64,000 bases of DNA. Source: Antedon mediterranea. Taxonomy: Eukaryota > Animalia > Echinodermata. Within the stretch, counting starts at the first letter, position 1; the number at the start of each line of letters is the position of its first letter. Below the pieces are notes generated by a model. The model searched no databases. It was not told where the DNA came from and saw only the letters and a program-made list of their open reading frames with translations. The translations under genes were made by a program, and so were the position numbers. Location: NCBI RefSeq assembly GCF_964355755.1, contig NC_092672.1, forward strand, positions 6,262,001 to 6,326,000, given 5' to 3'. Shown here piece after piece: positions 1 through 11,155 of this stretch.

Positions 1-1929
1 CGCCTGCTCCCTAAAACATAAAACGACTGCATTTCAGGTATGAGCAGGCCTAGCCTCTGTATAGCAATGTTCGTCAGATATCAACCAATCACAAGTGACC
101 AATTTAGAATCATCGAATTAAATTGTATCGATTTTTCTGATGGCTGAAGACAAGAGTCTAGACGGTCAGTTTAAATACATCACGATAGTTCGTATTCCAA
201 TGAATGAAACTGTATTGTATCCAATATCTATAATTTATACCCATGAGAGATATTTATGATACCTTGTATTCTAAACAATACTGATGCTGATCATCATAGA
301 CCATCTAAAATAGACAAAATATAAGACTAGCCATGTCTAAGCCAAGATTGACCATTGAACACCCAATCATTCTCTGTAATGTATCTCCACATTATAACAT
401 AGCAAAACATGTTCACTATCAACATCAGTAAACTAACACTAATAGTGCCAGATACAGTGTCACTTATGTATACATGCGGAGCCTGTATTATGTTCACCAA
501 ATAGTGCTGCATCTTTGTCCAGGACAAAGATACAGCACCTAAAATCGGTAGTCTTGCCCCAAGTTTGTATTTAGTATTTTTTATGTTAATCCACCAGTTT
601 CGATTTTTTCCCTGAAAATACAGGTAGCAGTATATGTATGGAACGCCATATGTGCCAAAATATTTATATTTTTACTAATATATTAAGTCAAAACTCCGTT
701 TGAAACCCAAACTGCTAAAATTAGCTGCAGTTTTTTAAATATTTTGAAATAAATGTTAATGAATTTTTACAAAAACAGTTTACAATCAATTTCCGATGCT
801 TAATTGGTTCGAATTAAGATAAGACGTGTTCACATTGTGTTTCAGGAAATATCAGCCTAGCGATACATATTGCAACAGAAAAACAGAATGAAAAGCTAAT
901 GAATATTTACGACTTGACAGGATGAAATGTAATGAAAAATAGATGAAATCTTTCATTTGTAGAATAAGTGATCGAGTGTAAAGTGTCTAAAAGCATACGA
1001 CAAAACCCTTCCAATAGAGAAACACTGTAACCTTTGAATATATCGGTACATTAATATTACGTTGTACTTATTGTGAAAGTATACACCATAAAGGCCTCCA
1101 ACGAGAATAACGTTTTCAAGGTGCACGACACACCACTGATCTCAATGTAATAAATGGAAGCAGAATACTCATTTCGATATTTGTGTCCAATTCGGTAGAA
1201 AGCCGAATATTATCATTCCCCGATCATAGGCTTATACTAGGTTTTTTTATGGTTTCATGATTGCCATGTGTCCGTATTCCCGATGACACGTAGGCCTACA
1301 GATATGTATAGTAGCAGGCATCGTTATACGCTCGACTTATTACTCGTTTCTGTTTTTGTGGCCAAAACATGAACCGCGGACCCCATCGGGATCTGGATTA
1401 GAAAATAACTATGGGTAATGTTTGTTATAGCCCATATGCATGGGGACACAACAATATATACATGTCAATGACATTTTCTTACATAATCACTTTAAGTTTC
1501 AATTTCAAACACGAAAGAAAGGACAGTAGAATATTAAAGTGTGATCTTGGCTTTTGGTAAAACACGAGAATTACAGGAAGTGACACGATCCGATATAAAT
1601 TAATTACTTGTGACAAAGACCAAGGGATTATGTTTAGTTATCTGCAAGGCCAAACAATATAAACCTATTCTGTATGTAAATTATATTTCGAAACTAATTA
1701 AACCTATTGAACATACAAGTAATTAAATAGTGTGCCTAATGAACTAACATGATGTTCTACAATATGAAGGAAAAGCTTACATAACAACAACTATACATGC
1801 AGCCATACAAAATGCAGGCCTAAACACGATAGGTATGAAAACAAAAACAATACTGGAATGGTTCTCTTAAATGTTACTGTTCTTAGGCAATAATGACTAA
1901 TTGTTGCATAAGAACATTAAAGGATCTAT

Positions 1930-2370
1930 CTACTATAAATATTTTATAAACAACTGTTCCAGTGAACCAGGTTCACAAAGAAAATAGGAATGTGAGCTAA
2001 ATAACGTAGAAATAGATTGGAATAAAGTATGGTATTATAAGGTATACAAGATGAAACATATAGTAAAGTTGCTCAATTCAACTTTAAACTCCTACATCGA
2101 ATATTACCGTGTAAAAAAAGATTAAAACTATTGAATCTAGCAGAAAACAATTTATGTGACAATTGTATAGGCCTAAATCAGATAGAAAGTGAACAACACA
2201 TGCTGTTTGAATGCAATGCCATTCAATGGACATGGCACAAATTTAAAGATGTGCTGGCTGTTTGCTTTCCAGCTGAAGATAATATTACTGTACTTAGTTT
2301 AAAATTGTTACAGGAACAAAAAACAATATTGTAAATGAATTGATTTCTCTGTTTTTATTCTGTATGTAGC
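1930..2370 (+). mobile_element. Degraded L1/Tx1-clade LINE ORF2 C-terminal fragment (zf-RVT-like)
   Basis: K*ECELNNVEIDWNKVW, frameshift, then KVAQFNFKLLHRILPCKKRL...LCDNC...ESEQHMLFEC...W. Confidence 0.8.
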
Positions 2371-2865
2371 CGTCTTCTTCTGAAGACACATGGCCGCCAT
2401 TGACGAATACATAGTATCAGTTGACCATAGAGGTATAAAATTAGTTGACTTCACTGCTGGTGTACTCGAGAAATTTTCAAATATTGTAGGCCTATATTAA
2501 ATAGTTCTGACATAATAATTAGGTGTGTAGGGAGTACAATTCATCCCCTCTCTCCAGTAAGGCATCATTACAGTGCTTCATTTTATTGGCAAATAAATGG
2601 AGTCGCCACTCTCGTCCACTAACGATTCGATAGTTAATTTTACTCGCCATTTTTTGGATGATCCTATAATATAACATTTTTGTATTTAGTTATGATTCAA
2701 CGAAAGGTCATAGCGAAGTAAATTCTAGGAAACACAAAGCAATAATACTGTACTACTGTACTAGTGTGGCATCGGTTAATGGAATATTCCATTCAAAGTG
2801 TCAATTCATTCATTAAACAAGGCCTACTGCGCAATCGTTTTCTTATAGAACCAACCAAGGACTTA

Positions 2866-3025
2866 AGTTCTGTTTACACTATCAAACTAGTTTGACAAAA
2901 AAAAAGTGTGATATGCTCAAATAAGGTAGTGATATATCCAAATATGGTAGTGTAATGACATCATCCTGTCCAAATATGGGTACATCACATTTTTGTCAAA
3001 CCAGTTTAATAGTGCAGACAGAGCT
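2866..3025. mobile_element. PIF/Harbinger-type MITE family A
   Basis: TIR consensus AGCTCTGTCTACACTATCAAACT; TTA on both sides. Confidence 0.88.
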
Positions 3026-5527
3026 TTAGGTAGTCTGCGTTCACATTTTTAAGAAACAGAAATGTTTCAAAATACAGATAGGCCTACAGACAAATTGCTA
3101 AAAATGCGAACCGACGACAAATCATGGCAATATGCACTTCTGACTTTGTTTTATAATTATAGGCCTAAGAATAACAAAAAATGCAGTACAATGCATTTTG
3201 TTGTTTCAGTTTCTAAAAAAAGATCATATTATAATTATTAGAATAATTTTAACACAACTATAATACTACAGTAATTAGTTCTATTCAATTTTATAATAGG
3301 AAAATTTCGTTCGTTAAGAAAACAAAATTATTCTTCTTAATGAAATCCTTGCCGAGATTTACAGTACTAATTAATAAGCTACTTAATTAAGTACATAATA
3401 TATTGCTATTTTAAAACCAGATATTAATAGCCATGCTAGAGATGACGGTAACTGCGACTAAAACAATCACCGTCACTCATATATAAATTAGTAATTTTCA
3501 AGCCGTAAACGAAAGTGGAGATGACAGCAGACTATATTCGATAAAGCAGACTATATTTGACAAATGTCTATTAAGATTGTGAATCATCTACTTCCCACCA
3601 CCTGACGATCGATTACAGAGTCCTGATATTTTTACGTATGATCTTTTAAATATGGTCTTATTTTTAGGTTTAGTGGATTGATTTCGAATATTTTTCCGCT
3701 CGTGAACTGGAGAACATATACTATATCTACCAGTACCAGTAGGCCTATTATTTGCACTAAACAAACTGTTTACTGTAAAATATATATGTGCCAAGCCAGC
3801 AATTAAGTTTTATCTGTAAGAACGTTTCAAGATGGTTATTTGCCAACCAATATCAATACGCATGACATTGCATTGATTTGTGACAGAAAATATGGCAATG
3901 CTCACACAGATACGATCCTCTGAACTCGTCACAATTTCCGTACTAGGTGTTTGTGAGGTAGATGATGACGTGCAGAAAATAAGAAAGATTAGCAGAAATG
4001 GGTTTTGCTAATCGTTGTTGTAGGCTCCGGCGATTTTTGGGGGAATGGCGCGTTGCCCCGGGAAAGAGTGAGGACAGTTTTGATATTAAACGCTCGAATG
4101 ATTGCTGGCGTTATGTCAAACGGGATTGCAGAAGGTCATGACGTCAATTATATCCCATCCCTAAACAGGGGCCAGTATTTGTTGGTACTGCCCATTGGTC
4201 ATACAGTACCCGTATAAGACAGACAGTATAGTATTTGTGCTGACAAATTAAGTTCTAGAACAGCGGGAAAACATGATATATTTATCCATGATGATCCATA
4301 TAAATATATCATACAAAGTGGGTTATATAATGAACTACGGCTGCGGTGGGAGGTAGAGGGGTCACGAGCAGACGACCAATGGTGATTTATTACCGTTACC
4401 CAAAGTACCGCGCTCGCCACGGTAATTGATGTATAATAGCTCTTCGAAACACGGCCTGCAGAATCGGAGATAAGATTGATTGAGCTAATGAGCGTCAGGT
4501 ATTTATCAAGTTAATACTCAGAAGGGGGCCACGAGATGGGATCAGGAATGGGGTGCAGTTTGAATGGGACAGTAGGCCTAAATAAAAAAAAAACAGGGTC
4601 TGGAAGCATTATGTCCAGTACACTTTCCCGTAAACAAAGGATTACTCAATTACAATGGCCAGAACGAGAGTTTAAATTAATTAGATCTGTTAGGTGTAAA
4701 TGACAGTCATTGTTGTTGATTCTATCCAGGTGGAAACGAAAGGGTACCTTGTCTTTATACGACAAATAATGGTTTTCTTGTTTATTTGTTTTTTATTGTC
4801 GACCTAACACCTGGGACACTCGCCTCAGTTTTTTCAGATCCCCGTTTATCGCCTGAACACTTTCATGTATACGGACATAGAAGTCGCCGTCACAAACGTG
4901 CGTTTACACACTAAAAATTGTACCGGCACGTCTTCTTCACATACGGGTAAATTAACAGTATTTACCTAGTATTCTCGCCGAATCATTGCCATTCCCACAC
5001 ATGCTTTTCTCTGTACATGAATAAAATGGGCGTTGAACTCTAAAATAATTCGTGCGTATTTCCTACCACAAAATAGTAATTGCTGAATACGGATGTTTTT
5101 GTGCGCCCTTTCCGTTACATAGGCGTATTATACTGTAGAATTGATTACGTAATTAATATAATTATTAGTCAAATGTGCCATAAGCGATGTTATGCGCAAG
5201 TTATGTTATGTGGCATTGGATTATTCTATGAAAATGACGTTTAGGGTCTGAAAACGGCGACAAAATGTAATTGACCGTTGGTTGCACGAAGTGAGTGTAT
5301 TTATAAACAAAAATACATTTCCTTCTTTCAAATTCGAATGTTTCCTACTAAAAATAGGCCTACAATTAAACGTACACAAACATTTAATTCGAGTGTCTTC
5401 TTTTTAAAATGAATTGCTTATGTACAAACTAAAGGTTCCTCTTAAATATCAAATTATTAAATTATATTTAATAGGAACTAAACAGCAGTTACGTAGAACC
5501 ACATGTTCGTCACATCCGTAACACGTT

Positions 5528-5814
5528 CACGCATGACTAAACACATATTAAACATGGCGGATAATAAAGTGTAACTACTTATTATAAAGTACATAAACAA
5601 CAACTGCCGTATAATCAACACATTACAGAAATGTATTTAAAGTCACGAAAACGAAATTGTCGAATAAATTTCACACGCATGACTAAACACATTAAATATG
5701 GCGGATAATAAAGTGTAACTACTTATTATACAGTACATAAACAACAAATGACGTATAATCAACACATAACAGAAATGTATTTAAAGTCACGAAAACGAAA
5801 TTGTCGAATAAATT
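5528..5814. repeat. About 146-bp tandem duplication
   Basis: cacgcatgactaaacac...gaaattgtcgaataaatt twice. Confidence 0.92.
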
Positions 5815-6342
5815 AATTATATAATCGGGAATTGAATTAGTTTTGTTTTAGCTGGTACATTTCAACATTAGTCACTGAAATATTAATTTATTACCCATTC
5901 TTTTGAGTCATCGGTACCTGTGTTTCTTTTTCAGCTAGATACGATAAACTTATATATCTATATAAATTGTCGATAGATTCGTATAGGTCTATCAGCGGGT
6001 AACCTGCTTTTTATTCGTGTTTCTTTGTTTTATTACGGTATTATATCGTTTATTTCATCGATATACAGTTCAATACATTGGTATTATTTTAGTGGTAAAA
6101 ACAAATGTGTATAGTTTTGATAAATTCTTATGGGTCTATCAGTGGGGTGCTTATTCTGTATTATCTATTTATGTTTTGATGTACAATGCAGTGATGATAT
6201 TGTGTATGATCTTTTGTTTTTGTGGTAAAATAAAATGATTTCTCTCAATTTTGTCGTGTGACAGCGTGACCGTGGCAATAACACAATACTGTATAAAAGT
6301 AACGTAGGCCTACAACAATATAAATAAAGACGGTGTACATAC

Positions 6343-7050
6343 CATTTCATCGAGTGACATGAGGTCTTGTTTGGTCATTACAACCCGTGGTTTTTGTGGT
6401 GGATCTGGTCGTTTTGGTTCTTGCTCTGGTTCAGACTCTACATCGGCATCGTCTGCCGCGTCAGAAGACTCACCATTAACTTCTGACGCAATCTCTCTAT
6501 CAATCTCCTGCTCCAATTGAATAAGCATTGGCACTAACATTCCAAATCTAGCACCCTTTCGGGCCACTTCCAAAAGACATAAAATAAAACTCCTAATATT
6601 TTTCCGCATAACAAGATCGTCTGTTTCGAATAGTAAAACATCGTGGACGCCTAACGAGTGCCTACACCAGTAGATGAAGTTACTTATATTATCCCGAGCG
6701 ACGAACGTTCCAGGTTGAGCACTTCCACGATATTTTACCTCTTCAGATGGAATCTGTATCAAGTCAGAATTTCCATTTGTGTTTTTGATTTGTATTTCCT
6801 TCCATGCTACCGCTTGTTTCTTAATGCTGTTCGCATGCTGGCAAAGTACAATACCAGTTTCCAGTTTTTCGACAAAATTTTCAGGTTGTATATCGATACT
6901 ATATAAATTATCCAGCCATTCGGCTAAGTCCTCTTTCATGGCAAAGAGGTATTCATCACGTGATTTGAAAGACCGTATCGGGACGTGTTCCCAGGTGCTG
7001 CTGAGTCGGCGCTCACTCGTGTCTTCGGGCCCTGGCCTCATGTCGACCAT
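6343..7050 (-). CDS. GAS2L1: GAS2-like protein (GAS2L1/GAS2L2, pickled-eggs-like), first coding exon with calponin-homology domain; 3'-partial (GAR exons not found in window)
   Basis: AMKEDLAEWL, FVARDNISNFIYWCR, LFETDDLVMRKN...LCLLEVARKGARFG; ends SLDEM|GTATGT (phase 0) just before the expected GAR domain; ATG in ACCATGG context. Confidence 0.93.
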
Positions 7051-7256
7051 GGTTCGGTTAACCGACTGCCCGAATAAAATATATATCCTCCCTTCTTAAA
7101 TCGTTAAACGTACTGGTAAATTTTACATAAGACATGCAAGTAAATACTTGCTATGAAACACTTCCTTTCAATATCTGAATGACGACAGGAAAAGCCAACT
7201 GGTATTCTGTCCATACAGACTGCCTTCTCCCACGACCATTGTCATCCGCCAAGTCA
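7051..7256 (-). other. 5'UTR portion of GAS2L first coding exon
   Basis: Strong minus-strand acceptor ctctcttttcttttatacgcag| at 7257; five upstream ATGs. Confidence 0.65.
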
Positions 7257-7714
7257 CTGCGTATAAAAGAAAAGAGAGTATTTCTACTGGAATTTCAATT
7301 GTCATCAAAAACAAAAAAACAACGAAAAACAGACATTTTAACAAAAGGAGGCGATTTACTCAGTTGAGCTCTGTTGAGCTTCTGATTTTCATCCAAGAAT
7401 TGGAAACCAGTAACCGTGAATGGGAGCCAGTGATGCGTAGCAAAAACATAAACGTTATTTGGCCCTACCAAAACCACATAGGAATTCAGTTATCCTATGG
7501 AATAAAAGTCAATAAGCCCAAGGCAGCATACTAATTATCTTATTACTGGTCTACCGTTAAGTCTTTATCTATAAACAATAAGGATTAACCCAGTAAAGTT
7601 AGCATTCTTTGTTTACGATTCGTGTTTAATTGTCTTTAGTGTATTCCTTCCAAAATATAACTTTCCATGGGTAATCCTCTTTGGAAAGTTTATAATATAA
7701 CTAGGGGGTCGTGT

Positions 7715-7728
7715 GTTGCCATGGTGAC
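7715..7728. promoter_or_regulatory. RFX X-box-like palindrome
   Basis: GTTGCCATGGTGAC, close to the canonical GTTGCCATGGCAAC. Confidence 0.45.
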
Positions 7729-8324
7729 ACATGCTTACATATTTAAAGTGAACTTGAAGCGTTCTCGGGTTAACCCGACCCTGACCGAGAGTGCCTGCAG
7801 TTTTTTAGGCGTTTACCGTTACGCTATCGTTCACGTCAAGCTGTTTTAGCATTTTTAAACGGTTTATTTTATATTTACTCTACGATTTTATCAATGTAAA
7901 TTGTACAATATGTAAGAACCGAGCTAGCCTCTATGTTCACATAAGCAGTTCTCATCCTGTAAATTATTTATATCTATCTATTTACAACATAATGTATACA
8001 TTCCAGAATATTTCAATAGTTATGAATTTTAAAATCAATAAACGATGATATACTGAGGCCCCATGGTATATAATCTGGCATACTTCGGCTTAATTCAGAT
8101 CACATAGACTATCGACTATAGGCCTACATCAAAATAGACCAAAATATAGATACTTTATATTATAGGCATATTTATTAATAGAGCCATTTACTTTACATTA
8201 CTTAAGCAGTTTCTATTTCTAATCGTAACTGAATTATACTATCTTAAATCTGCAGAGCACAACTACGAAATATTACACAGATCTTAACGAGCTTTGTTCC
8301 ATAAAGAGAAAGGCCTATCATTAT

Positions 8325-8633
8325 AACACGAAAATATACGAGATAACAAAACAAGAAGAATGGAGTAAAAGAATTAAACGAAGGAGACTAAAATGGTATG
8401 GACACATAATTAGATTACCGGATGATACCCCAATCAAACAAACAATGAAGGAAACTAACAGGAAAGTAAAACGACCCGTAGGAAGACCAAGAAATAACTG
8501 GATGAATCAAATAAAGAAAGACTTACAAGGACTAGTAGACACTAACACAATAACAAACCATCCTGCCATAAACAGAAAAAAGTGGAAACAAATTGTGGAA
8601 AGCGTAATGTCGGAAGACGGATAACGTTAACAA
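8325..8633 (+). mobile_element. 5'-truncated RTE-like LINE with 9-bp TSD
   Basis: Open frame IKRRRLKWYGHIIRLPDD...KRPVGRPRNNWMNQIKKDL...AINRKKWK to TAA; TATCATTAT at 8316-8324 and 8634-8642. Confidence 0.85.
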
Positions 8634-10360
8634 TATCATTATGTACTTGGCACTAATTAGGCCTACTGGTATTTAGCTTAACTTATGTTGGGGACTAGAA
8701 CAATAATTTAGCCTGCGGTATAATACTAGGCCTATATGATTGATAATGTACTTGAGGGTACTCAAATAATACTGTATTTAGCTATGTGCAAATATTCACA
8801 AAACACTATCACTACCCACGCGAGGAAAACGGATCAACTATTCTAATAATGTCCTACTTAATTTAAAACGTGAATATGTTTAGTCATTTCAAATTTGTGT
8901 TCCTATTATTTTAGCAAAATTCAGCCAGATAGAACAGAACATTGAGAGAGTAAATTATAAATGCTAGGCCTATTTTACTACTACTGTACACACAACATTG
9001 CTTTCCTTGTTTGGACTAGCAAGAAAGTACCACTATATCCAGTAATGATTAACAGAAACAATTTTAGCCCTATATTTTTTTAATAAATTACGGGACCGTA
9101 ATATTTGTTTAAATACCATAGTCCAGCTCACTATAAATATACTTACACAATCACATTGGATGTCAAGGGAGGTTGGCTACAGCTATAAATATGTGATATA
9201 TTGTCACTTTAAGTCTGTAACAAACAGACACTGACCTTCGCCTCTATTTGAATGGAATAATTTAGCTATATCAAGTACAAGGCCTCACTACCCGCACAAT
9301 AAAATAATACTACTTTCAAAACGAACATACTTTAGAAAAATACATCGGTAGACTCGGTAACGGTCTAATGAGTTTTTTTTTAATTAAAAAAGTCTAATTA
9401 GAAACTTAATCTGGTAAACAATATAATTAATTCTTTTGTGAATTGTTGTTTATCGTTTCTTTTTACAAGGAACTTGAAAATGAATTCTGTGGGTAGACAA
9501 TGTACATACAAAAACACGATGCAGTATTTTATCAGTCTATGTAAATATAATTTTAAAGATATATATAATGTATATATATAGCATTGGTGAACCCAATGAT
9601 AACTGTATATTGTATACAGTAATGTACACAACAAAAGACAAAAGAAGTAAAAAAGTACATACCAAGTTCGAGATTCGGTGAACGTCAGCTGAAATAATAT
9701 TCCTGCTCTGATGAAATTATTCACAAAAATAATGATACAAAATCCGAAAATTGCGCTCTAATAAGAAACACATTTTTTAGAGCAAAGTCGTCTGAAGTTA
9801 TACGAGCCCGGGTCATGCCGACTATCACATACAGAGCTCTGTTACCTAATGAACTAGTAATAGTAGAGTAGTAGCAGGTAGGAAAAGGGTGGATTCTACT
9901 TCAATTTCAGATGGTCGTCATCTGTAATTCCCTCCACGTTGAAATTAACGAATTATTCATGCGTCAACAAATAGGAAATACTGAATCACCAGGTCCCTAC
10001 ATTAAATCCACATACAGAGGGACTGTAACGCTTAGCACCACCCCCAAGTGCGACAAGCACTGTGCTTCCCCGGATTCACAGTGAGTAATGTACTCGATTC
10101 AGACGGCCTAAGCTACTTTAGCCTTCGCTCGCTAAAATGTATATCATATGTGCATAAGGATGAACCTTATGCTGATTTCATTATCATAATTACAAAACGG
10201 ATAGAGGGCGTATTGAATACTCTAAATAACATAAAAACACAAGCCAATGCTTATTTCATAAGAAAAGCTGAACAATGAAATATGCATGTTATCTAAGCAA
10301 TTAAAATAAAAAGTAAAAAGGGTGAGGTATTCATTCTACTTTAGGCCTACGTACATTAAA

Positions 10361-10405
10361 GTCAGAAGTGGGATTCGAACCCACGCCTCCATTCGGAGAT
10401 CAGAA
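10361..10405 (-). pseudogene. tRNA-Leu(CAA) 3'-half fragment
   Basis: Reverse complement TTCTGATCTCCGAATGGAGGCGTGGGTTCGAATCCCACTTCTGAC closely resembles the 3' exon of metazoan tRNA-Leu-CAA; no 5' half is present. Confidence 0.75.
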
Positions 10406-10410
10406 TACCC

Positions 10411-10557
10411 GTTTACGACGCAACGCAATGACGTAAGCCGCAACGCAAACGAATCGACCTATCAAAAGCGATGGATTATACTAACTATCGTTTGTGATTG
10501 GTCAATTCGCTTGCGTTTTTTAGGCTTACGTCTTTGAGTTTAGTGGGAACTAAAGCT
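10411..10557. mobile_element. Partial Harbinger-like MITE family B
   Basis: Ends tagtgggaactaaagct; internal gacgcaacgcaa/ttgcg repeats shared with 22792-23000. Confidence 0.55.
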
Positions 10558-10842
10558 TTAGGAGCGATCTTTGCCACCTTATCCTCTCTATTTTACCCAG
10601 GTACTCATTTACAGTTATCACAATGGGAGGGGTCCTGAGTTCTTAAATAATCTTAAACTTAAACACGAGTCTTTCTCATAAGCATAACAGCTAAGCCAAC
10701 TTCATTTGACCGTACTCGTAGTAAACAACATAGCTTTAGAAACTTCGGAAAATGATACAACTTTACATTAACAAGATAATTAATAAGGAAAGGCAGATTA
10801 AATTGGACAAAGGTTATTGAATTTTAAGTCATACAAATCAGT

Positions 10843-11155
10843 TAAAATCAAGATAAAACAGACAAGTCAACAACATCAAATTAACTGTAAACTGTTATGT
10901 ATGTGTATAAAGCGCAGAGTATGTCAAAAGCAGGTAAGAAACCTGGCTGTTATTGAAGAGAACAAAGGTGATTTGAAGCTGAAGCAGATTATACGAAAAG
11001 GTAAAATCAAGATTAAACAGACAAGTCAACATCAAATTAACTATAAACTGTTATGATCCATGTATGGCGCGCAGAGTACGTCAAAAGCAGCAAACCTGGC
11101 TATTATTATCAAAAAGAACAAAGGTGATTTGAAGTTGAAATAGACTATACGAATA
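10843..11155. repeat. About 160-bp tandem duplication
   Basis: taaaatcaagat.aaacagacaagtcaac...aacaaaggtgatttgaag twice. Confidence 0.88.

Noticed and set aside
263-304. 42-nt AG/GT-bounded open segment (MVYDDQHQYCLEYK) on the minus strand
   Set aside because: Too short, weak donor, no similarity to GAS2-family sequence
1-6342. GAS2L GAR-domain exons
   Set aside because: No CxC...F or EGKY-type peptide found by eye; presumed to lie beyond the window start
6658-7099. Plus-strand ORFs of 82 and 106 aa
   Set aside because: Antisense shadows of the GAS2L exon
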